From positions 7,818 to 71,817 of IMG/VR virus record IMGVR_UViG_3300012930_000002: 64,000 bases of DNA; one strand, 5' to 3'. The position numbers and the translations under genes were made by a program. The notes beneath the pieces were generated by a model. It was not told the DNA's origin. It did not search any database and worked only from the letters and a program-made list of their open reading frames with translations. Shown here one piece after another: positions 48,614-57,090 of this stretch; position 1 is the stretch's first letter; the number at the start of each line of letters is the position of its first letter. Source of the stretch: a virus.

Positions 48614-48892
48614 ATGACGAAACGCAGCACGAAGCGACCACGCCTTATTCGCTGTGAAATCAGATACAACGCTAAGCAAGGTGCGTGGTATTATCGTGAG
48701 AAGATAGACGGCGTGTGGGAGCCAAGCTATGAGGGCTTCCCTAAACTCGCGTTCATCAGGGACACCGTTCAGCGACTTCGACAGCGCATTGCTTTAGTGC
48801 CAGCGTGCTTCTCCCTGCGAATCTACAAGCGAAATGGACAGTACCAGGATGAGCGAAGTTATGGGCATGACCCGAGAAAGTCAAAGGGATAA
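48614..48892 (+). CDS. DUF2188-like protein
   Basis: LRIYKRNGQYQDERSYGHDPRKSKG C-terminal motif. Confidence 0.65.
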   Translation: MTKRSTKRPRLIRCEIRYNAKQGAWYYREKIDGVWEPSYEGFPKLAFIRDTVQRLRQRIALVPACFSLRIYKRNGQYQDERSYGHDPRKSKG

Positions 48893-48894
48893 AA

Positions 48895-49146
48895 ATGAAG
48901 CACGATCAAGATGCTCGGTTTTATTATGAAATCATTCCGTTAACCTTTGGCCGCGCTCGGATCATCTATACCGACGGAACTGTCATAGCAGATGGTTGGT
49001 GATATGACGGTCCAATTGCTGCGGTCGCGGCACTCGAAGCATTTCAGCAAAACGAAGATGAGGAACCGGAAGGATGGATGCGACATCCGCAATCTGGCCG
49101 GCGGCGTCCGAATGGCGACAGAAATAAAGAATATATTTATCCCTAG
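48895..49146 (+). CDS. 83-aa protein with in-frame UGA; candidate selenoprotein
   Basis: MKHDQ...IADGW-[TGA 49000]-YDGPIAAVAALEAF...EPEGWMRHPQSGRRRPNGD...YP; SECIS-like hairpin at 49017-49032. Confidence 0.55.
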
Positions 49147-49235
49147 TATTTAGCGCAGGCGTTGATGATCCGCTTCCTCTACTTCATCCTCGGCTTGCTG
49201 ATCGGCATAGCGACAGTTGAGACAGGAGAGAATAA

Positions 49236-49769
49236 ATGCGTTACTGGTTCGACACTGAATTCATCGAGGACGGTAGAACGATTGACCTGATTAGCATCGG
49301 GATCGTCGCTGAAGACGGGCGCGAGTTCTACGGACAGAACGCTATCTGTGACTTTGGAAACGCAAGTGGATGGGTAGAAGATAACGTGTTAGTTCACTTA
49401 CAAGAGTTTGACCTCAACTGCTACCAGCCTGCGAATCCTTCAACACTTGCTGCGCCTTGGTATTCTAAGAGCGAGCTAGCCGTAGCCATTCAGCAATTTA
49501 TCAGTGGCGACAAACCCGAATTCTGGGCCTATTATGCCGATTACGATTGGGTTGTACTTTGCCAGCTGTTCGGCACGATGATGGACTTACCCAAAGGCTG
49601 GCCAATGTACTGTCGAGACATTAAACAATGGTGCGACATGCTCGGCAACCCAAAACTACCTGTGCAGAGCGACACGGAGCATCACGCGTTAGCGGACGCC
49701 CGTTGGAATAAGACGGCTTGGGAATTCTTAGATCGCTATCACTGGATCGTGATTGCAACGGCGAGATAG
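49236..49769 (+). CDS. 3'-5' exoribonuclease (Rv2179c/RNase AS-like DEDDh)
   Basis: RYWFDTEFIEDG, LISIGIV, YYADYDWV, HHALADARW. Confidence 0.85.
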   Translation: MRYWFDTEFIEDGRTIDLISIGIVAEDGREFYGQNAICDFGNASGWVEDNVLVHLQEFDLNCYQPANPSTLAAPWYSKSELAVAIQQFISGDKPEFWAYYADYDWVVLCQLFGTMMDLPKGWPMYCRDIKQWCDMLGNPKLPVQSDTEHHALADARWNKTAWEFLDRYHWIVIATAR

Positions 49770-49779
49770 AAGAACGGCA

Positions 49780-50253
49780 ATGAGAATCAGCTATAGCGAC
49801 GATGAACAGTATCCCGGTCAATTCAATCTCTGGCAGGCGAACTGTGACCGTTCGCTGGTAGGGAGGAAGGGCCAGGCGGCGTTGCGAGAGTTGGAGGCGG
49901 CGCTAGTCGCTCTGCCTAACAAACGGTTGATCGCAGATGAGTTTGAGAACGAGGAAGGCATCTGTCCGCTGGCCGCAGTAGCAAAATATCGTGGTCTGAC
50001 CAGGAGTGATATTAAGGCTGACCCTGAATCCGAGATGGAAGAAGTCGGTGTTGAGCTTGGCATGCCCCGGCTGGTTGCGTGGAAGATTGTCGAGTTGAAT
50101 GACATCATCATTGATGGGCATTACGCTGACACAGTAGGGCCAGTTCGATACGGCGGCTGGCGACCTCGTGTGTTCATCCCCGCCATGCCAGAAGAACGGT
50201 ACGAAAAGGTACTGTCTTGGGTTAGGTCGCGAATTGTTACGGAGGTAGGATGA
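49780..50253 (+). CDS. Phage hypothetical protein
   Basis: GRKGQAALRELEAALVALPNKRLI motif. Confidence 0.5.
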   Translation: MRISYSDDEQYPGQFNLWQANCDRSLVGRKGQAALRELEAALVALPNKRLIADEFENEEGICPLAAVAKYRGLTRSDIKADPESEMEEVGVELGMPRLVAWKIVELNDIIIDGHYADTVGPVRYGGWRPRVFIPAMPEERYEKVLSWVRSRIVTEVG

Positions 50254-50768
50254 GCACGACAACGGAACTCACGGGCATAATCAACGCGCATTCTGTGATC
50301 TTCAAAGCACCTGACGGCACCGATTTGCCCGTCCACCTCTACCGTGGCGGTGATGTATCAGTGCCGGGGATTGCGACGTTGAAAGCACTGAACGTGAGCA
50401 AGGTCATTAGCTTGCAGAACGCCAAACAAGACTCAGCCGCCACAATCCTATTCGAGCACGCACGCGTAGAGGAAGCGGGGATGACGTGGGTGAATGTACC
50501 AATGGACTCGTCAGGCGTGTTCAGCTACGATGATATTAGCAAGGTGCCGCAGGTGCTGAGCGAAATTCAGAACACAATAGGGCCGGTCCTAATTCACTGC
50601 TCGAAAGGCGCTGACAGATCCTCCGTGGTCGCCTCAATCTATCGTATCCAGCATGGCTGGAGCGTTGATAAGGCAATCAAAGAGGGTCAGTCATATGGTT
50701 GGGCCTGGTGGAACAGCGGGATGCGTAAGGCGGTCAGGCAGTGGGCAAAGGATCAAGGATATAAGTAA
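50250..50768 (+). CDS. Dual-specificity/tyrosine phosphatase (CX5R)
   Basis: LYRGG, PVLIHCSKGADRS, YRIQHGWS..KAIKE. Confidence 0.9.
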   Translation: MSTTTELTGIINAHSVIFKAPDGTDLPVHLYRGGDVSVPGIATLKALNVSKVISLQNAKQDSAATILFEHARVEEAGMTWVNVPMDSSGVFSYDDISKVPQVLSEIQNTIGPVLIHCSKGADRSSVVASIYRIQHGWSVDKAIKEGQSYGWAWWNSGMRKAVRQWAKDQGYK

Positions 50769-51066
50769 TGCCAACGACTCTTGATAGCACCGTCATCACA
50801 ACCGCTCAGCAAGAGCTACTTCGCTACATGATCCAGCAGGCGATAGTTGACCGGCTTGGGCGGGCGATGACGGCGGGTGAGATAACGACTATGGAGTATT
50901 GGTTGACGTGGATAGAAGCGTGGCCAAAGGAAGATAAGCAATGATCAAAGTCCTCTGTCCTCGCTGCTGCGGTCGCGGCTTCTTTCGCTGGCTTGCCCCC
51001 TACGGTTGGGACCGGCTCAATTGTGCGCTGTGTCACGGAGTGGGATGGTTGGTGAGGAGCTAGTAG

Positions 51067-51627
51067 ATGGAACGAATCTTGATCGCCTGTGAGTTTAGCG
51101 GAATCGTGCGGGATGCTTTCTTGGCACGAGGCCATGAGGCTTATAGCTGTGATTTATTGCCTAGTGAACGTAGCAGCGAGCGACATTATCAGTGCCCGGT
51201 AGAATTAGTTCTTGACGGTGGTTGGGATTTGCTTATTGCCTTCCCGCCCTGTACTCATTTGGCTGTTAGTGGCGCTCGCTGGTTCAAGAATAAGATGACC
51301 GAACAGGATGCGGCGCTTTCCTTTATCCGTGTCCTAATGGCATGGCCGTGTCCTCGTATTGCAATTGAGAATCCTATCGGCATAATCAGTAGTAAGATTC
51401 GGAAACCTGACCAAATCATTCAGCCGTGGCAATTTGGACACGGTGAAGTCAAGGCAACATGTTTGTGGCTCAAAGGACTTCCGCCTCTGTGCCCTACTGA
51501 TATTGTGGATGGTCGCAGACCGCGAGTGCATCACGAGCCACCGTCGCCTGAGCGATGGAAGAACCGTAGCCGAACATTGCCCGGTATTGCAAAAGCAATG
51601 GCCGAACAATGGGGCGGGATACTATAA
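51067..51627 (+). CDS. Short phage DNA cytosine methyltransferase-like protein
   Basis: ILIACEFSGIVRDAF, SCDLLP, AFPPCTHL, IENP, KATCLWL, RSRTLPGIAKAMAEQWG. Confidence 0.75.
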   Translation: MERILIACEFSGIVRDAFLARGHEAYSCDLLPSERSSERHYQCPVELVLDGGWDLLIAFPPCTHLAVSGARWFKNKMTEQDAALSFIRVLMAWPCPRIAIENPIGIISSKIRKPDQIIQPWQFGHGEVKATCLWLKGLPPLCPTDIVDGRRPRVHHEPPSPERWKNRSRTLPGIAKAMAEQWGGIL

Positions 51628-52014
51628 TGCCCACAGTGCAAGTGGCGCAGGGGGAATCGTAATGTACGATGACGTGCTGGTTGAAGAGATCGCTGAGCAG
51701 CTATACGACGCAGGGGTGGCGGTAGATGGCTACAACCCTGCCGAGCATTTCAAGCAAAGTAGGGATTATGAGAGCGTGTTCTATGAGCGCTACTTCAGCC
51801 GGCTCCCAGAAGACGTGCAGGATGCGTATCGAAGGCAAGCTGAATGCAACAAATCCTTATGAGCGAGATTGACTATGAAGGTCGAAGTAACCGTCCACAG
51901 CACGCAGGAACTGACCGAGTGGCTAATGACCCACTACCCCAACGATGAGTTTGGACGGGACGAGGTGGTGGTGAGGTTGGTGCGAGATGCGGTAAAGGAG
52001 TAAAGTTATAACTG

Positions 52015-52527
52015 GAATGATTGTCGGTTCATGTCAAAGTCTAGTCTAGTGCGAGTTTGAAAAGGAGAAATACTATGTCAGGTTTGGTAGGTTCAACAAA
52101 CGCAACAAGTCCGCCCCTCGTCATCGAGGGAGCGACCACGCAGATAACGGCGCAGTCGTATCTTAGCGTCGAGTCGGTTCATCTCTTCACACAGGCTGTT
52201 CGTGAATACGTGCGGATCAATCCAGAGCCGCAAAATCAAGGGCACTCGCGAAGTAGCCGTGAGAAGGCGCATGAGATAGGGGATTGCTGTAGTCCGCTCA
52301 ACGGACAACAACCAATCTTCGCCCTACTCGGTTATGAGGATATTCAGACGTTAGAGGGGCGACTACTAACTTTGGTAGATGCGTCTTTCTCTGACCGAGA
52401 GCAAAGGAAGGCGTTTAAGGATATGATACGTCGTGAGATTTGGTATAACTGGGTGAAGCACCTTGATACCGACGATGTTCATATCGGGATGCCGCCAAGC
52501 AGGTAGTTTCAGAACCGACAATCATTC
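52015..52527. repeat. Perfect 16-bp inverted repeat bracketing one gene
   Basis: GAATGATTGTCGGTTC (52015-52030) and GAACCGACAATCATTC (52512-52527). Confidence 0.85.
52075..52506 (+). CDS. Hypothetical protein, last gene of the plus arm
   Basis: AGGAG Shine-Dalgarno; LEGRLLTLVDASFSDREQRKAFKDMIR. Confidence 0.65.
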   Translation: MSGLVGSTNATSPPLVIEGATTQITAQSYLSVESVHLFTQAVREYVRINPEPQNQGHSRSSREKAHEIGDCCSPLNGQQPIFALLGYEDIQTLEGRLLTLVDASFSDREQRKAFKDMIRREIWYNWVKHLDTDDVHIGMPPSR

Positions 52528-52549
52528 ACTTAAACAACAGCAAGAATGC

Positions 52550-52765
52550 CTAGCCCTTCCCAACCAGCGAAATCAAGAACCACAGTAGCAGGATGCCGCC
52601 GAGCGCCACTGCAATCCAGATTGCCCAACCTCGAATTGGCTCCGGAAACTTACTGAGAAGCCACCATAGCAGCGCAGCGAACAGCACCAAGATCAGGATG
52701 ATAAGCAGGATTTCTGGCAACGTAGCCAGTGAGAACTGCGGGATGAGCAGAGCAAGCATTGCCAT
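52550..52765 (-). CDS. Small two-TM membrane protein
   Basis: Two hydrophobic helices around KFPEP; GGAGG Shine-Dalgarno. Confidence 0.7.
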   Translation of the reverse strand: MAMLALLIPQFSLATLPEILLIILILVLFAALLWWLLSKFPEPIRGWAIWIAVALGGILLLWFLISLVGKG

Positions 52766-52861
52766 TACCTCCGCTGGTGAAAATCGGACCCCCAGCGAGC
52801 GCTAAGAGTCGGGACTATCGCTTAAGGTTACTAGAGTTGGGCTGAGCTTAACACGACCGCT

Positions 52862-52978
52862 CTACACCGTCAAAGCCCAAGCTGCACGTGTCACTAGTCG
52901 CATCACCGCCAGTCCAGCAGCCGTGCAAGCCGCGAGAGCCAACCAGAACAGCACTAGGACTGCGTAGCCACGCTTCAT
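52862..52978 (-). CDS. 38-aa peptide with possible lipobox
   Basis: MKRGYAVLVLFWLALAA-C; below the ORF track length cut-off. Confidence 0.35.
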   Translation of the reverse strand: MKRGYAVLVLFWLALAACTAAGLAVMRLVTRAAWALTV

Positions 52979-52980
52979 GG

Positions 52981-53208
52981 TCACGCTTCGCCGATCAGCT
53001 GGTCAAGCTCATCATCCACGAGCTTCAGTATCTTTTGCGCCTTCTCGCCCTTCAGCTGCGGTGCTGCCTGTAGCAAAAGCGCCGGCAGAACCGGGAAGAT
53101 AAAGCTCATAAAGAAGCTGAGGAAGAAGCTGCCCGCTGATGCGGATGCTAGGTGTGTTGCGATTTGCTTTTGTGCTGCTGCTTGTTTGTCAGTTACTTTG
53201 TCGCTCAT
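52981..53208 (-). CDS. Small membrane-associated protein
   Basis: One hydrophobic segment; AGGAG Shine-Dalgarno. Confidence 0.55.
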   Translation of the reverse strand: MSDKVTDKQAAAQKQIATHLASASAGSFFLSFFMSFIFPVLPALLLQAAPQLKGEKAQKILKLVDDELDQLIGEA

Positions 53209-53408
53209 TAGTTCTCCTTTTAGTCTTAGTCGCGGCTGTCCGATTCCCGATTCTCCACGGACGCTTCCCGATGAAGGATTTTACCCTTACCAGCCGGTTC
53301 TTGTCGAACGTAGGCATTCAGCTTCGGGCGTGCTAATTTATTTATCGTGTCTGTCGGGGTTGGTTAGTTCCCCACCATCTACACCAAGCCGCGATAGTTT
53401 TATTCTTC

Positions 53409-54419
53409 CTACTCAATCGTCTCAATCTGTACTATCGCATCCTTCAACACCCACGCCGTGTTGAACTCGCCCTTGAGTACCACCACACCCTCATCATTGT
53501 TCTTGATTCGCGCCTGAAATTGCAAGGCACCCGCGTTCACCGTCACCTGTCGCCCGTGCAGGTTGGGCAAGTCTACTTCAGTCGCAGCAACGATCTTGCC
53601 CGGTTTCAGCAATAGCACTCGCGCTGCAAAGGTGTGATGGTTTGGGTCGGGTGGCGGCGGGGGAGGAGGGGGAGGAGGTGCGATGAAGTCAATCACGTCG
53701 ATCAGTTGATAGCCATAGACGTGGCGAGATTGAAAGTTACCGCCCTCTAGGAAGTGCCACTTCACACGAATGATTCTGAGATATCGCCCCCAGGAGTTTA
53801 GGAAGATAGCGTGATCATTGTCTCCTAGCCCGTCATACGCGATGAAACAAAGTTGGTGATACCCCGATGTCGCGATCTCATTTGAATCCCAGCCCAGCAC
53901 AGACGGTAGCAACATTGCTACGACACAGGGTCCATTTGCCACCAAGGCCGAGGCTAAGGTCAACCGCCACGCATTAGCTACTTGGGGAGCGAACGCATAA
54001 CCCTGAATCTTCCGTATGAATCCTGTCGCCGGTTCAACAAGGCCGTAGTCACGGATATACCGTAGAGCGCGATCGGTAGAGATCCCATTTTGCCCGGTGC
54101 CGCCACAGGCGCGATACAGTGCCTCGGCGTCATACATCCGCCAAAGCCTCTCATCCTTGAAGTCCTCAATTGACTTTGCGCCACCCGAGGAATAAGCAAC
54201 GCAGGCCCCTTCACCGTCCTGATCGTAAGCCACGCCAATTGCCGCCGAGATAGACTCTTCGGTCATCTCCGCATCCACGACGATGCAGCTTGGCGGGGGC
54301 GATTCCGCGAGAACCTCTGCCGTATTGGGCTCGAGCTCAAGGTGCCAGTCGCGTAGGTCGGAGTCGCGAAACAATGCCCCGGTACCGCCCCAATTTGGAT
54401 CAAGTTGCGCTAAGTTCAT
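53409..54419 (-). CDS. Papain-like (C1) cysteine peptidase with poly-Pro linker and C-terminal domain
   Basis: DQDGEGACVAYS (Q, C), GYHQL (H), FLNSWG (N). Confidence 0.8.
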   Translation of the reverse strand: MNLAQLDPNWGGTGALFRDSDLRDWHLELEPNTAEVLAESPPPSCIVVDAEMTEESISAAIGVAYDQDGEGACVAYSSGGAKSIEDFKDERLWRMYDAEALYRACGGTGQNGISTDRALRYIRDYGLVEPATGFIRKIQGYAFAPQVANAWRLTLASALVANGPCVVAMLLPSVLGWDSNEIATSGYHQLCFIAYDGLGDNDHAIFLNSWGRYLRIIRVKWHFLEGGNFQSRHVYGYQLIDVIDFIAPPPPPPPPPPDPNHHTFAARVLLLKPGKIVAATEVDLPNLHGRQVTVNAGALQFQARIKNNDEGVVVLKGEFNTAWVLKDAIVQIETIE

Positions 54420-54891
54420 AAACTCCTCGCCACATTTTTATCTCAACCTCGCGCCGGTTTACAAGTCCCTGTACGACCTTGCCACCCGCACGTGTCCAGC
54501 GCCTCAATTGTGCTGGTATGGCAATCAGGTCTTGAGAGCGAATCAGCTTCAGCAACGTTGAGTTGAGAAAGGCGTTTGCGCCAACATTGAAGGTAAAGGA
54601 TACAAGCGCGTCAAACTGGCAGCCCAGCAGTTCACCTGTCGCCGTGCTGACAATATCCTCGACGGGCTTGATGTCCTGGGCGAGTAGCGCATCTATTTGC
54701 TCGGTGGTCAATCCCTCGCTCCAGCGCACCGGCTCACCAGCGATGTAGAGCTTGCCGCTGAATAGCTCGGACCGCGACAGCAAATGACCTACACCGATTG
54801 TCGGCAGGCCCATTACATCCTTGTACATCTTAGCGCGAGAACCTTCAAGTCGAGTGAGAACCGCTCTGCCTTCAGGTGATAGCTTCATCAT
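54400..54891 (-). CDS. Endolysin, GH24 lysozyme
   Basis: EGSRAKMYKDVMGLPTIGVGH, FDALVSFTFNVG, GLVNRREVE. Confidence 0.93.
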   Translation of the reverse strand: MMKLSPEGRAVLTRLEGSRAKMYKDVMGLPTIGVGHLLSRSELFSGKLYIAGEPVRWSEGLTTEQIDALLAQDIKPVEDIVSTATGELLGCQFDALVSFTFNVGANAFLNSTLLKLIRSQDLIAIPAQLRRWTRAGGKVVQGLVNRREVEIKMWRGVYELSAT

Positions 54892-54894
54892 TGT

Positions 54895-55062
54895 CTAGCT
54901 CTTCGCGTTCGGCACATTGTACACGCCGATGAACGCCACGACTGCTGCTGCTACTACCGTACTCCACTCAACTGGCGTGATCACTCCGTCCATAGAGGCG
55001 GTAGTGAATGCGCCGACAGCAGCAAGAACGGCGGCGAGTATAGCCTTTCGGTAGGTAGCCAT
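54895..55062 (-). CDS. Putative two-TM holin (55 aa, not in ORF track)
   Basis: MATYRKAILAAVLAAVGAFTTASMDGVITPVEWSTVVAAAVVAFIGVYNVPNAKS; AGGAG Shine-Dalgarno; adjacent to the endolysin. Confidence 0.7.
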   Translation of the reverse strand: MATYRKAILAAVLAAVGAFTTASMDGVITPVEWSTVVAAAVVAFIGVYNVPNAKS

Positions 55063-55080
55063 TCACTCTCCTGCGTATCG

Positions 55081-55318
55081 TTGACCAGCACGAGGCCCCA
55101 ACTCTTCTCACAAATTGGAATCCCACTAGCCCCGCCACGGCCCACCAACCAGCCCCAACGGTTCTACGTGCCGGTCAATATAGGTGACCGCTGCAATTTC
55201 GCTAAAAGCCTTCACGGGGAAGGCTTTTTACAGCGGTCAATTTCAAAGATAGGATGGAGACGGTGCAGAAAATACCGCCTCCATCTTTCCGTCCGGTGGA
55301 CCTTACGGACGCGACGGA
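55081..55318 (-). ncRNA. Four-hairpin structured leader upstream of the holin
   Basis: Three 12-bp stems each with a G-U pair on the minus strand, plus a 6-bp stem. Confidence 0.55.
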
Positions 55319-55332
55319 TTATCAAACTCACG

Positions 55333-55599
55333 CTACGGTGACATCTTCGCATCAATGCGTCTAGCCGTTTCTTCAATCAGCCCCCGTAGCCCATCGTGAT
55401 ACTTCATATCGCTTGTGTAATGATCGGCGCAGAGCTGTTTCATCTTATCACGCAAATCATTGAAGTCTGAAAGGTTGAAAGCACTACTAAGCAATTCTTG
55501 TCCTAAGATATCCAACACCTTCAGGTCTGCATTAATGAGCTTTTGCATTCCGCGTCCACCACCGTGATTGATAATGATTTTATCCGGGTATCCTGGCAT
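55333..55599 (-). CDS. Hypothetical protein
   Basis: AGGAG Shine-Dalgarno; 88 aa helical. Confidence 0.55.
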   Translation of the reverse strand: MPGYPDKIIINHGGGRGMQKLINADLKVLDILGQELLSSAFNLSDFNDLRDKMKQLCADHYTSDMKYHDGLRGLIEETARRIDAKMSP

Positions 55600-55608
55600 C
55601 GTATCTCC

Positions 55609-56109
55609 TTACTGTACTGGCATCTTAAATCCGTGACTCTCCAACGAGATACTAATCTGTCGATAGCGCTCATCACTCAAGGCCAGCTTCATCTCTGTCA
55701 CCTTGCGGTATTCGATAAAGTTCTCGCGAGTCTCACGTAGCTGCTCGGTCAGTACCGCATTGCTGACTCTGATTTCACCTTCGGTTGTCTTGGCAATGTA
55801 GAGCGCGGTGAACACCCATCCAAGAAACACTACGGCAATAGTGATAAACGTTCGTCCCCAAGCACCCGGACCATTACCGTTCGCGGGCTGCACCGCTGCC
55901 GTTTGATTCGACAGTTTCGTCAGCAGCATAACTGACCCTGAGATATTGTGAACCATATCCCTAAGATCGGCTATGTCGGCCAGTTCCTGTTTAGTCATCG
56001 GCTCACCGTGATGTTCGTCACTATTCTGACGCGGGTGCAACTTTTTGGTAATCGGTTCCTCACGCTGGCTTATTTTACCTGTCGGAAAGTCTGCCGTTGT
56101 TGCGCTCAT
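55609..56109 (-). CDS. Single-TM coiled-coil protein (lysis region)
   Basis: TM FITIAVVFLGWVFTALYI followed by a coiled coil. Confidence 0.6.
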   Translation of the reverse strand: MSATTADFPTGKISQREEPITKKLHPRQNSDEHHGEPMTKQELADIADLRDMVHNISGSVMLLTKLSNQTAAVQPANGNGPGAWGRTFITIAVVFLGWVFTALYIAKTTEGEIRVSNAVLTEQLRETRENFIEYRKVTEMKLALSDERYRQISISLESHGFKMPVQ

Positions 56110-56146
56110 TGCACACTCTCATTTCTCCAAGCTGCTCACTGCGTCC

Positions 56147-56404
56147 TCAATGTGGCTTCGTAATAAAATACAGAATGATACCGACGATCAACGATCCGCC
56201 TAATCCAGCCACAAACCCACCCGTCGCGGCCTTAACCTTAAGCGTCGTTATCTCCGTCCATATCTGGCGCATCTCTGTATTACGCAAGCCGTCAATCTTA
56301 GCGTTACAGGCCGCGACCTCCCCTGTCAACCGCACCAGCTCGGCCAAAATGAGCTTGCGATACACGGTCCAACCCTCTACGCCGCCTTCAAGTTCTTCTG
56401 GCAT
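56147..56404 (-). CDS. Coiled coil plus C-terminal TM protein (holin/XhlA-like)
   Basis: W..YRKLILAELVRL...EITTLKVKA followed by GGFVAGLGGSLIVGIILYF. Confidence 0.55.
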   Translation of the reverse strand: MPEELEGGVEGWTVYRKLILAELVRLTGEVAACNAKIDGLRNTEMRQIWTEITTLKVKAATGGFVAGLGGSLIVGIILYFITKPH

Positions 56405-57071
56405 CAGTTCCCACCTCTTCCGGCAGTACAACTGGACGGCGAATTACTGCCATACCATAGATTCCGCTTGGGGCAACCAGCGGTGAGAGATTAATCTCCA
56501 CAGGGAAGATACGGTTATGCTTGTCTTGGCCTTCGAGCCTCAGCCCAATGCCCATCGGTCGCGCTCTTAGTTCGCTGAACCAACGAGCGATATGCTGGTC
56601 GTGTATTGTTCGCCTGTCTTCTGGGATTAGCATCGAGAGTCGTTTACCGATTACTTCGCTTGGATGATACCCAAATAAAAACGTCGCCTGTTCGTTAAAA
56701 ACTATGACCGCCGTAGACGCGTTAATCACAACTAGCGCATCCGGCAATCGCTCAACTATCTGCATATAGAGTTCGGGTTCAAGTAAGCTATTGGCCAATT
56801 GGCTTAACCTCTTAAGATTTGGCGAAGGGCTAGGAACATTGGGCACATTAACTAAGGTATCATCCATAGCTGGCCTCTCAAATCCCGTTATAATCCATGA
56901 GGCTCCTGCCAACACGAAAGCAATTACCAATGCCACGCTTGCGGCGAGTATCATCCAACGAATAGGAATCGGCAAGCCCCAGGAGCGAGCAACGAGCGCA
57001 TAAATGAAGAACAGACCGCCCACTACTGCCAGACCGCCACTCATGATCGTCAGTTGTTGCTTGAGCCTCAT
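56388..57071 (-). CDS. Two-TM membrane protein with a FixL-like PAS domain and no output domain
   Basis: IVERLPDALVVIN...IVFNEQATFLFGYHPSEVIGKRLSMLIPEDRRTIHDQHI...RPMGIG..LEG.DK....FPVEINLSP. Confidence 0.85.
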   Translation of the reverse strand: MRLKQQLTIMSGGLAVVGGLFFIYALVARSWGLPIPIRWMILAASVALVIAFVLAGASWIITGFERPAMDDTLVNVPNVPSPSPNLKRLSQLANSLLEPELYMQIVERLPDALVVINASTAVIVFNEQATFLFGYHPSEVIGKRLSMLIPEDRRTIHDQHIARWFSELRARPMGIGLRLEGQDKHNRIFPVEINLSPLVAPSGIYGMAVIRRPVVLPEEVGTDARRT

Positions 57072-57090
57072 TCAACCGTGCGCGCCTCAC

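Noticed and set aside
52015-52527. IS element or retron
   Set aside because: The enclosed protein has no transposase motif, and no reverse transcriptase is seen in the window.
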